A DNA stretch of 64,000 nucleotides from contig OZ365115.1 of the NCBI GenBank assembly GCA_977030845.1, forward strand, positions 8,990,001 to 9,054,000, read 5' to 3'. A program made the position numbers and the translations under genes. Source of the DNA: Fimbriosthenelais zetlandica. Taxonomy: Eukaryota. The notes under the pieces were generated by a model. That model ran no database searches. It saw only the letters and a list, made by a program, of their open reading frames with translations, and was not told the DNA's origin. This document shows, piece by piece, positions 26,017-37,300 of this stretch (position 1 is the stretch's first letter; each line of letters opens with the position of its first letter).

Positions 26017-26111
26017 AATACCAAAGGATACATACTCTGATCTAAAATCAAGAATATTGTTCAAAACCAATACCAAAGGATACATATTCTGATCTAAGGT
26101 CGAGAATATTA
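26017..26111. repeat. Tandem duplication, 52-bp period
   Basis: aataccaaaggatacata(c/t)tctgatctaa at 26017 and 26069, each followed by tc(a/g)agaatatt. Confidence 0.9.
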
Positions 26112-26800
26112 CTAAGGAAGATCCACAAAGACGATTAAATATAAAACGGAAATGACATAAGAAAGAACAAAAGTCGGACTGACATGATAGAGGCCCACAT
26201 GCTAGTCTACATGGTTCATATTTAAAACAGAGACGGTTTATATCAACCATTGGACATTTGACATGGGACATAATTAATCTCTCATAGAAGGTATAATTAA
26301 CATTGGTTAATTACACTGTGACATGCTGGTGCTCGCCTGTCTTTATTACAAGGGATTGATATGGGGGTGAATTGACCTCAGGGGTTGAATGGCTCGCTGC
26401 CTCCTGCTCTCCATACTCACCCCCATCCCCCTCCATACACACCCATAAAGGCGGCGGGGGTCCACACACTCCACCCTCATTGGTACCCCGAGGACTGTAG
26501 TCACTCCAACCAACAATGATCTGTGATTTTATCTAATTGGATGATTATGACTTTTAACTGACTTGTGAAGAGGAATTGAAGGGGCTTATTATCATAACGA
26601 AGAGCCCACCATCATGTGTGGTGAAGGTATCAATTAATGTGTCACAGATAGACTTGTTTCATGACGGTTTAGGTCCATATATAATCTATTCCCCTTAAGG
26701 TTCATGCTTCATGATGGCTTGTGATAGCTAACCAACTAGGCTGATGACACTGCAATCGTATGTGGATATCCTTACATAATAACTAGTCGTATCATTCGAG

Positions 26801-28309
26801 ATGAATTCACTAAAAGATACAGGGGACCCCAACAGGTGTAGGCTGGAACTACACGTGGCAGATGAATTAGAGGCTAGAGATGTGAGATCAAAAATGCAAC
26901 CGCTCCTTGTGGGACTCGATCCCACGTTCTTCTACATCAATGTCCTCACCCCCACTAACCTAAAAGAGGAGCACTCAAACCTAGCCATGGAGGACATACA
27001 AAGACTGGTCAAAATGAACCAATCACTTCACAATCACCAGATAGGAACCGGAAGCCCCTGCGCACCGCCTGGTGGGGCTTGTGAGAAGCTCAAAACGCCC
27101 GCTCTAGCGGTGATGGTCTTCTTGAAAGACTCAAGCGTCATCTCCTATGAGCAAGCTCAGAACATACTCAAAAGTCCACCCTGGAAGTTCCATCACAAAA
27201 TAGAGTTGTCCAACGCCCGGAGAGGTCAACTTAAAGTGATTGGACGACAGGAGTTTTACCAGTGCCACCGCCAAGTCCCGCTCTGGTCAGTATGTCCCAT
27301 TCACTATGGAAACCTCCATCTCCGCTTCACTATTTTCACAAGGAATTTTTCCTCCATGGTGGATTTCTATCGCCTCCTGGTAGGGCACGAGGCAGAATTC
27401 ACAAGAGAAAACTTCTGTCTGTTCTCAGTCTATAGCCGACCAGGCTTTGACCTTCAATTGGCGATCAAGCAGTCCTCCCAACTCCACCCAGCGCCTCTAT
27501 CCTCAACCTTCCTCAACTTCAGCGTCCCGAACTTCCGGCAGTTGGAAGCCATGATCCAAACCCCTAATGGGTTGGCTGGTACACTGGGTCGGCTTAGTGA
27601 TAATGTGTGGCTGGTACAAGACCCTGATTTGAACTGTGTGTTAGTAGAAGAAACTCGAAACCCTGATCACTTACGTTCAAATTCAAATATACTGACAACA
27701 GACGCTCATAACGGAAACAGAAGGAATGTTCCCAATTCAGACCCTTTCCGTCGAAGTCGAATGCTCAGAGACCAATTTAAACTAGTCAAGAAATACGAAA
27801 GTGACTGTCAAAGTGATCCTCATACTAAACAATCATACCGGTGCTATGGATCAGAACTTGGTGCTACCAGTAATATTAATAGAACTTCCCAGTCGAGGGC
27901 TGCAGATCTCCAGGGCGGCCATTATGATATAGATAACCACAACGCCCCCTGGAGTGATCAGTCGAGTTATGACTCAGGAAGACACTCCTGGCGGAGTGGG
28001 CAGGAAACGGGGGCCACTTCCTCCTCCGACCAATCAGGACAGAGTGATGACGCAGAGACGTCAGTGACGTGTGATTGTCACGTCATAACAGCGGGCAGGT
28101 GCGCACGCTGCATCAGTCAGAAATCCAGGTCAGTTCTAGCTCCTCTACCAAGGAGCAGCTCACCAAATATAGAACACAGAGAGGAAAAGACCGCCAGATG
28201 GAAAAATAGAAAGACAAAACCATGGGAGATAGAACCGCCAGAGCTGTCTGAGGTTGAGTGGGACGGTCTACTGTCATTGGCAGACTCTGATGATGTGAAC
28301 TTCCGGTGA
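26801..28309 (+). CDS. FAM124: FAM124 family protein (FAM124A/B-like), 502 aa single-exon ORF
   Basis: Family motifs ALAVMVFL, PPWKFHHKIEL, RQEFY...PLWSVCPIHYG..HLRFTIF..NF..MVDFYRLL, FCLFSVY..PGFDLQLAIK and W..QDPD.N.VL, followed by a Ser-rich low-complexity C-terminus. Confidence 0.9.
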   Translation: MNSLKDTGDPNRCRLELHVADELEARDVRSKMQPLLVGLDPTFFYINVLTPTNLKEEHSNLAMEDIQRLVKMNQSLHNHQIGTGSPCAPPGGACEKLKTPALAVMVFLKDSSVISYEQAQNILKSPPWKFHHKIELSNARRGQLKVIGRQEFYQCHRQVPLWSVCPIHYGNLHLRFTIFTRNFSSMVDFYRLLVGHEAEFTRENFCLFSVYSRPGFDLQLAIKQSSQLHPAPLSSTFLNFSVPNFRQLEAMIQTPNGLAGTLGRLSDNVWLVQDPDLNCVLVEETRNPDHLRSNSNILTTDAHNGNRRNVPNSDPFRRSRMLRDQFKLVKKYESDCQSDPHTKQSYRCYGSELGATSNINRTSQSRAADLQGGHYDIDNHNAPWSDQSSYDSGRHSWRSGQETGATSSSDQSGQSDDAETSVTCDCHVITAGRCARCISQKSRSVLAPLPRSSSPNIEHREEKTARWKNRKTKPWEIEPPELSEVEWDGLLSLADSDDVNFR

Positions 28310-29820
28310 CAAATGTGAAATAGATAGGTCTATATGAATGTTAGGTTGACCCATACATGCATGCCTCCCATAACATTTCATCGTATATTCATGCGAAGAT
28401 GTAATTAATTATTAGGTATCATGACTGTTTAATTGCTGGTATGTGTCGAAGGACTATTTCACAAATTTGATCAATCAAATCCTATAATATTATGGAATTT
28501 GATTTCAATCATTTATCAAATGTCAATGACAGGTGTTGCAACACAATTTAAGAACTTTTTTTTTAATGTTAAAATCTGGAAAATTGAAGAATTTAGAATT
28601 CAAAATTTAGAATTTACTCTTTATATTAAAGTTGTCAGAGGTATATTGTTGTAATGAATCATCCCTTCCTTGTTTCTGTTATCTGACCATGTGAGTTGAG
28701 TCATTATGTGAATGACCTGCGTGACAATGGGTCGTAATTAAAATCATTGCGTTTTGAAGGCCGTGTTAATTGTACCTGCTGTATGATGATTGGGGTGAGC
28801 TAGTGCGTTACTACTATCTTTGTTTCAATTCTCTGGTCGTAAAATTTTGTAATAGTTTCTAGAATCGCGAGGTTGAACCACATGATTGATTTTTCTTAGC
28901 ATAAAAGTGTGTATTTGTTATGTAAGAATTGTATGGAAATAAATAAGCAATTTCCAATCAAGTATATATATATATGGTCTCAATTGTCCACATTCCAGAA
29001 GGGTTCGTATCAGAGAAGTTTTAATATCAAAACAACTTTGCATTCCCATAAAATGAATGAAAGTTCGGTCAGTATGAATATTACAGGGGCATTATTTAAA
29101 AGCCTCGACCTTGGGCGGGACCGTTGGAATTAGTTTTGACCGCTTGTCCACCCCTAATGTCAGGGTGCCCGCCCACCATTAGCAGACTCCTATAGAAACT
29201 GTATAGCTGAGAGTCTGAACCAACGATAACATGTTGCCTGGTCCATTGTGGCAATAAAAAAACTATATAGACAGTATAGGCCTAATTCAATATGTAGGCT
29301 ACTATTATCGGATTGAGGGGCACAGATAAGCCTATACAGCTATGAAGATATCGGCAAAATGGTTCATTTTGTTCAGTTAAAGCATAGACGTATATACGTC
29401 TATGGTTAAAGGGGCGTAAAATGACGAGAATATTTCTGATGTCCAATCACGTTCCAAAAGCCAAAAACAAATGAAAAGACCTCTTAAATCCAATGGGATT
29501 ATAGAGCGAGATGAAAGTGGGATTAGACCACATGGAGGGACCTTCTGGCGTGCCAATCTGCGTCCAACATGGCGTCACGAGTGTGCGCCAGGGGTGCTGT
29601 GAGGATGGTACAATAGGAGGACGTACGGGGACCCTCTGTACAGCTAATCAAATGAATGAAAAGTGGCCCAGAAAATTAGCTATTTGAGGAACAAAAATCA
29701 TTTCGGAAAAGGGGGTGTGGTGGCCCTGCCTCTTGACAAAGTCAAAAAGTACGCTGGAAATGTGAAATAGTAGATTGCAATAGAGATACCAAAGATGTAC
29801 AGTGAATGAAAGTGTGTGTA

Positions 29821-29854
29821 ACCAACGAGAGTAAATTATTTTACTCTCGTTGGT
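29821..29854. repeat. Perfect inverted repeat with 15-bp arms and a 4-nt loop
   Basis: accaacgagagtaaa-ttat-tttactctcgttggt. Confidence 0.95.
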
Positions 29855-32800
29855 GTAACCAACCAAAATGACAATTAAAAAATCTAAAATAATGAATGGA
29901 GTGAGAATGAATACATTACATTATAATGTGGCGGAGTTTTCTCGGTACATTAGTTAATGGTGAGTGGGGTAATTTAGACGTGTTGATGTGCTGAATTATT
30001 GAGTTATTTTTGTTCTCCTGCCATGTGTGTGGTGAGGGTGGAGGGATGAGGTGATCACGCGAGCTTTGTACCCTGGCCAATACCTCCCTAACTGCACCTC
30101 ATATAGCCAGACGATGCATCAGATAAGCCTACATGGATACCTGCATATGTACTTGCCTGTTTTGTCATCATTCAAACTTGTCTTGTCTGTCAAATTTCTT
30201 GTGTCAAAATTCATTGTGTACAGTTCACTTATGCACAAAATAAAGCGGATTAACAACGTCTGTGTCTGAGAGGGACCTAATACACAAGCATTAGCTCTGG
30301 GTGTAGCCTCTCTGGCTCTGGTAAAGGGAAGACTACTGCAGGCCTACAAGTATGGGATGATATATCAATTCAAACAAAACATCCGAGGTAGGGTGGGATC
30401 TGATAGGGTTTTAAACGAATGGAATGCAGCCTGGAGGAATAGGGGGATAGCCTAAACCAAAAGTGCCACCCCTGTATCCTCCAGTTTCCTCCATCAATTT
30501 TTTTAAATCTTCATATGAATGATAGATTGGGCGTGATCTGAGACACACGTACAGGATGTATATGACAGGTGGCTGACATTGACTACCATCAGGTCACGTA
30601 ACGTAACGACAGCCACGTGGACGTGACCTACACTGACGTACGGTGACGTCTGGACGTCATTAGGTCGTCACTGACGGTGACGTGGCCCCGGGGTGTACGC
30701 GTGGTGGAGGTCATTCCCTGACCTCACTATCTGTGACCATCACTCTATTGGTGGCCCAATGTCTTGATATCAAATAGCGAGAAACACCGGAGGCAGGCTA
30801 CCACCAATATATAGAAGATAGCCCAGCTACCGCTTACATGGGTAACATGTGTAGGAATAAGATATAACACATCAAGCAAACGGTCATCTGGAAATCATTC
30901 CTTCCTCAGATCAGGCCTCATGGGGAGACGCTGACCATGCATAAGCAATCATCGACTTTTCTACTTTCACCAGTTGAAGGAGTAGTTCAAACTTTCGACC
31001 TCAAACTTGTACAATTATATGAATTGGAAGTTATCCTGGGCCCACCCTTCCAATGGTTGGAATTTACCGAAGGATTAAAAAAAATCGTCAGATTGGCTAA
31101 TGCAAAGATATTCCAAGTTCTTCACCAATGTCGCGTTTGAGTTAGTGAATTAATGTAAACGAAATTTCAAACATATTGAAGGTTGCTATGACTTATATAT
31201 AAAACTGAACAGATTTATCAGGACTTATAATCAATAGAATTTAGACAATTATAATCCTGGAATCCTGTTATCAAGGGGATCTCGTCCATTGATCCGTGAA
31301 ACTAATACCGATACTCTCAAATCAAATGAGTTGAGAAAGGATTTAGATAGAAAAATTCAAAATTCAGACCATGACCATAACATCATTTTGAGCTCTAATT
31401 TCATGTGAACTGAAATGGGTTTAGTCCAGATCAATTATTCACTTCAATCATTTTCAATGGACCTTTGATGCAAGTGAACGAATTTACATCTGAAATCCCA
31501 GATCATCGACAATGATCGATCCTGTAGGAGTTCAAATGAATGCTTGTAATCAATCATCGTCTGTTCTAAGCGGATTGATCAAGATTTGGGCTTATTATTG
31601 GTTTTAATTCCCAACACTAATTAGTGGTTTAGAAATAGGCCTAAATCTGATTTTCAATGAGAAAATCTCAAGCCATCGTTTAGGTCTATTGATGCGGCAA
31701 CCTTCTATTTTTATGTCATAATTCCATAGAATTATTTAAGTATATTGGGGGCGGATGAGCTGGGGGTGGGGGCGGGGTGAAACCTGGCGTACAAATAAAT
31801 ATTTTTACCCCTCATCGCTGAACATGCACTTTCAGCCGTATTTTTTATATACAAAATTCTGCACCAGCCTTTGAAGAATCACTTCGATGGGGCGAAGTCC
31901 AATATGCATGAGCATGTCCACTGTACGGTCGCTGCTATTGTACATTGCTGGTGATGACATAAACTCCAGGCAGGCAGGATCGGGTGGAGACCTTAATAAT
32001 TATAAAACGATTAATGGATTAGTAATTACTCATCTGTCTCATTATTTCAGTAATTGACTGGTTCAAAATGGACAAGCTGAAATCAATCAATAAATCTATC
32101 ACATTCACACCCCTACTCATTGGCAATAGACCTGGATAAAGAACAGAAGGAAAATTAGGTCAGGCTAAGTTGATTTGTGATATAATGTTTAAGGCACTGT
32201 TGGAAATTACCTTTTGGAGGGCCCAGCCTTTTTCCCTTGTGGTCTTTGACTTTGTCTCAGCTCCCTCATACTGTCTGGTATTGAGTTTTTGGGACGAGAC
32301 TGAAATGGAATCCACATTTTATTTTAATTTAAAGGTCTTTACCACATGTATCTAGGAACTAATATGATTTTACTCTGCTGATATTGAATTTATATAGCCT
32401 ACCTATCAAAATAGGTGTCAATGCAATGGTATAGTGTGCCGACTTGTCCACATCCTTCCAAGGATGAATACTCTAAACAAATATTGATAAATAGATCATA
32501 TACAAGATGGCATCATACACAAATACACATCTGACATATTTCCTGATATGAATCACTCACCTTCATCTGGTTGTGAATTCTCCAAATTGACCGCTCTATA
32601 CATCCTGGTCACTCTCCCGAGGAGGAACAGTTAAAGCGGAATCGTCAAAATTACAGAAAATATCAGAACATGTAAAGTAAAGGCGGTGGAAAAATTGCAA
32701 TACGGCAAGTCTAGCAGACATTGACGAAGAAAGGGTCCAGCTCCCAATAGACTAGTTCAAGCAGACGATCATATCAGAAAGTTCATACAATACATAGTAC

Positions 32801-34355
32801 TAATAGTCATACAACACACGACTTTAGTCAGCAACAGTAAATTTTAATAACAGATTGTTTAAAGTCTCAAATGACTAAGAATTGAATACATGGTACACGT
32901 CAACAAAACATGAATTCGTTATATAATTGTTACACATTTCAAAAGTGTAAAATTCAACATTTTTTCCAGATATATCCTATAATTGAAATTCACAATACAT
33001 AGGTTCAACAATGATTTTCTAGCTCTAAAGATCTCAACGTAAATCTTTCAGAATGAAGCTCTATCCCCAATAAGTTGGGAGGATGAAGGGTGTGGTCCCT
33101 TTGAAATTAATCGCTATTAATCAACCAGGGCTTGGGGGCGTGGGGAGGGTGGAGGTCTGGGGAAAAGATGGGGAGTAGGGAGGGGGTGGAGTATGTGGGC
33201 TGGGTATACAGAGAGGTGTGTAACTTTAGCTTATCACACCTCGTATCGGGTTAACGCCTCAATCACTAACTGTGTCCACACTACACTAAACCACACTCAT
33301 TAACAGAGCGCTCTGCTGTCAAGCATAACCCATCAAAGAGGTCCATCTGATCAGTGATTATCACTATTACTAATAATTGTACATTAATTCTCCATCCAAA
33401 CCCAGAGCATAATAAACCCAGAGAAAAGTCATGGGTACAACTCTATAATTAAAAACGTTCATTAAAGTTTCTGAACACAAACTAGATTTTCCACTTATAG
33501 CTAAAGATTTAAAGTCCATTTTCATCATTGATGAACATACAAGTCATATCCCGATTATGTGACCTGTAATTTTGGCAAATATTCTAACATAATTGCACCC
33601 CGGGGTCTTTCAACATATCTTTCAACATCTCACACTGTCCATTAGGCCACATATCTTTGGGCCTCAGCCCGAGAATTTTCAATTTTCAACCTGACATAAA
33701 TCTTGTGGAGGGAATATTGGAAGGAAAGCCAGTGGGTAAATGCAGAAAGAGACAGACTTGTTAAGCTAGATTATAGCATGAATATTTGACAGTTTACCTT
33801 CACTTGAAATTGGCCAGCGGCAGATCAAGTGAAAGTCAAATTAATGAAGAATTTACAGCTTGTTAATTAGGCCATGCCGTGCCAGACTGGAAAACAAAAG
33901 GTTCACTGACTGGAACCCAAGTTAGCCAAAAAAAGTTTCCAGAATTGTCAAAAACTTTAAATTGATTTTGAAATGTTTGACATCTAAAGTTGATTGCGAA
34001 AAAGATTGATCAATTCATCGATATGAATCTAATCTGACACCTGATAAGAAGTTATCTTTACATAAAAGGTAGAAGGGTGGATGGGTGGGTGGGTGGGTGG
34101 AAGGGGAAATCGTTATGCTTTGAGAGAAATATCCCCATATCCTTGCTGCACTGACTGGAATGCTATTGATTATAGATAATTGAACTGTGACAAAGCACTG
34201 TGATCAGCCAGACTGGGGCTAAAAAGCACGGGTGAACTGACGTTTCTCTTCAGTTAGGCAGGGAGTTGAAGTACTCTAGTTAGAGCATTATAAAAGAGGG
34301 GAATGCAGATAAATATATGAATGTTATCCATAAAGATGGTACGGTAGTATAAGTT

Positions 34356-37300
34356 TTAAACCGTGATGGTTTTATTGGCAATGCTGGCCTTGCGGCGTTT
34401 TTTCGAGCCCTGGGACGATTCCTGACTGAGCGCCACATCGAATTCCTCACTCTATAGAAGAAAATTCCTAAAGATTTAAATCTCAGTGGAAGAGATTTTC
34501 AAGGTATTTTAAAAATTATTATGTCCCAAATTACATGTCAAGTAGGTTAACATACTCTTTACTAGCACACTGGACTCATAGACAATTATTTGAATACTGA
34601 ATTAAAGAGAAAGAAAAGTGGAAATATGGAAAGTGGAGTGCTAACTTACATCCCCGTCCTTGGATCTGACACGCTTCCTGTTGCCACGAGCTCCTCCTGA
34701 CTCCTCGTTAGACTTCACCTGGGATTAAATTATTCACTCAATTCACTTCTATGAACTTAAGATAAAACATTTTTAACAGAGAATAAATAAATTAATTAAA
34801 ATTCAAAAATACAGACAATGTAGATGTATTAGGAAATGATTATCTAAAATTTCTATGAAACACGAGAAAATAAATCCATATTAACTTATTCTTAATTTTT
34901 AGAAATCTTTCTCTCGGTTATAGATTTAATTGATTGAAATATTCTGAAAGCAAGATATTAATTATAAATACAGGCACTTGGCGTCAATATTGTTTTCTAC
35001 CATGTGACGTGCCCACAAGCTTGTTATTCGTCAAGTTTACCCACTGTATCAGATTAGCTGAAAACAGTCTCAATAATAGAGAAAGTCCTCACCTAGCCAG
35101 AGGGCGTTAACATTGTGTCAACACCATACCAGCCAAAAGGCAAACACAGAAGTCAGAAAAACAAATGAGGACACTCGCTCCGTCACTGTCTTATTTTTGT
35201 CTTACACCTTGGATCCTTAGTGCAGGGGCAGATCCTGAATTATGTAAGGTGGGGGAGTCAGGACTTGTGGGCCCCCCACCACCCATCCCCCGCCCCCCCA
35301 ATTAACTCTCCAGAAAGAAATTATTTTGAGCGACAAAAATGGCTGAAAGTCGGGGGGGGGGGGATGAACCCCTGGAAGGTTCAAGAGCCCCCCACCCCCA
35401 CCCACTATGCGCCCCTGCAATGCAAAGAATAATAATGTATCTGAGAAAAGGAAACCTTTCTACAGGGTTAAGCCCCCTCTGGCACTTTGGAGCCCACCCA
35501 AAACTAATGGCCACAGTAGTCTACAAACTACCATTCATCTTCATTAAAAATAGACCGGCGAGGAGAAAGTTATGCTGCTACTCCTCAATGTTTGGCACGG
35601 GTGAAAAGACAGCTTCATAATCATAGAAATAGTTCCTTCCGTTTTTTAGACCAGGGCTGTGTCTTGACAATAAGTTCGTAGGTCCCTCAAAGATTTTTTT
35701 CGGATTTAAATATAGTAATATAATAACTACTAGCCTATAATTAATACCACAGAAAATTAGTTTAAATATTAAAGCCGATAATATTTCCTAGTGATTACCG
35801 CATCCATATTGCACTCATTTTTTTATTACATCCACCGGTGCAGAGCAAATTAAATTCTATAAAACAATTATTTTAAACAACTTAAAGATTTATTTTACTT
35901 TTACAACTTTACTCACCTCTGCGTCGTGCTTGCCAGCCGCAGGTCTACGTTTGCCGGTGATATTAATCGATTCTGCTTTGGACGTCAACTTCTCGATCTG
36001 GAAACATTTATTTTGAACACTTGATACAACATCAATCTTTGCAAGCGTTTAAAAACTAAAACCAATCGCCTTAATCAAGGTGATCATCAGAGAGGGAGAG
36101 TGAGAGGTGGAGGTGAGTGTGCGTGATGGTGGAGCGGCATAATCAATGATCCAGTCAAAGCTGAAGAGTATAGCACTTAATTTACACACTGAGTCCACAA
36201 TGCTTAATCTAACTATACTAGACTGTATCTTCACTTTAATCTTCACTTTCACTTTAATGCAAAATCAGAAGCTCTATAATACTTATGCAACAGGCCGTAA
36301 AAATTGTCACTTTTATTGGAAAATAAATTTCATTCATTATTCAGAATCACAAATTATGTTATGGAGTAGAAGTGTCATGTAAAAGAATTTTCTCAGCTTT
36401 CATGGATGGAAATTTAGTGTCATGTAATAATGTACCTTACCTCAGAGTCGATGCTTTTGCCTGCCTTTCCTACAGCTTTGCTTTTGTTCTCCTGCAATTT
36501 ATGACAAAATTGTGAACTTTCGTTTCTAGGATTATTGTAAATTTGACTCAAGTGGTCGACGAAAATAGTATACATTGATAGTTAGATCTATTAATGATGG
36601 GTTACAAAGTTGGTTAAACATGTAAAATAACATTTTTAAATAACATGGCCTGAACTTTGGATCTCCCATAGATGATATACAGTTTAGCAACCTATTAACC
36701 TATCACCAGCAATCAAGGGGAATGCTTCAAGATGGTTCGTCAGATTGTGTCAGCCCTAATCTCAATCATCTCATGTCCATGTTTCACACTTCAATCCATT
36801 ATGTTTTCAAATAGCAAAGATGACATGCTAACTGGGGAATAGACATGACGTGTGGGACGGGGAGGGGGAAGGGGAGAAGGGCGTTAGTGGGGTTGGGTGC
36901 CGTGGAGGGTGGGGATGGTAGTGGTATAGGGAGGGAGTGACTTTATAGAGTGAATGATGAGGATGAAGGGTTATTAAATCATTCATCACATCTCACACCC
37001 CCAGGGCGCTGCTCCATCTTCATCAAGGTTTACTGGTATTGATCGTAAAGTGATGAGTAATTAACACATACACAGGCAGCAGATTTACAACATTCTCCAG
37101 GCTTCCACACATTTATATTTTACTCATTTTTTCCTATAGTTAAGGAAGACGTCCCCAACCTGGGCAGGGGTAAAATAATTTCTTTTATCATTCCAAAAAA
37201 AAAAAATATTTATACCGTATTGCCCTAGTCAAGGACAATAATATTGCTAGGCTACTCACTTTGGATGTTGAGAATTGCTTGATTATTTCACAAGGAAATT

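Noticed and set aside
22780-32559. 13-nt identity tatgaatcactca at 22780 and 32547
   Set aside because: Matches of this length are expected by chance in a 64-kb AT-rich window.
35217-35620. Cluster of overlapping Gly/Pro-rich ORFs
   Set aside because: They arise from poly-G/C runs of the MITE-like insertion.
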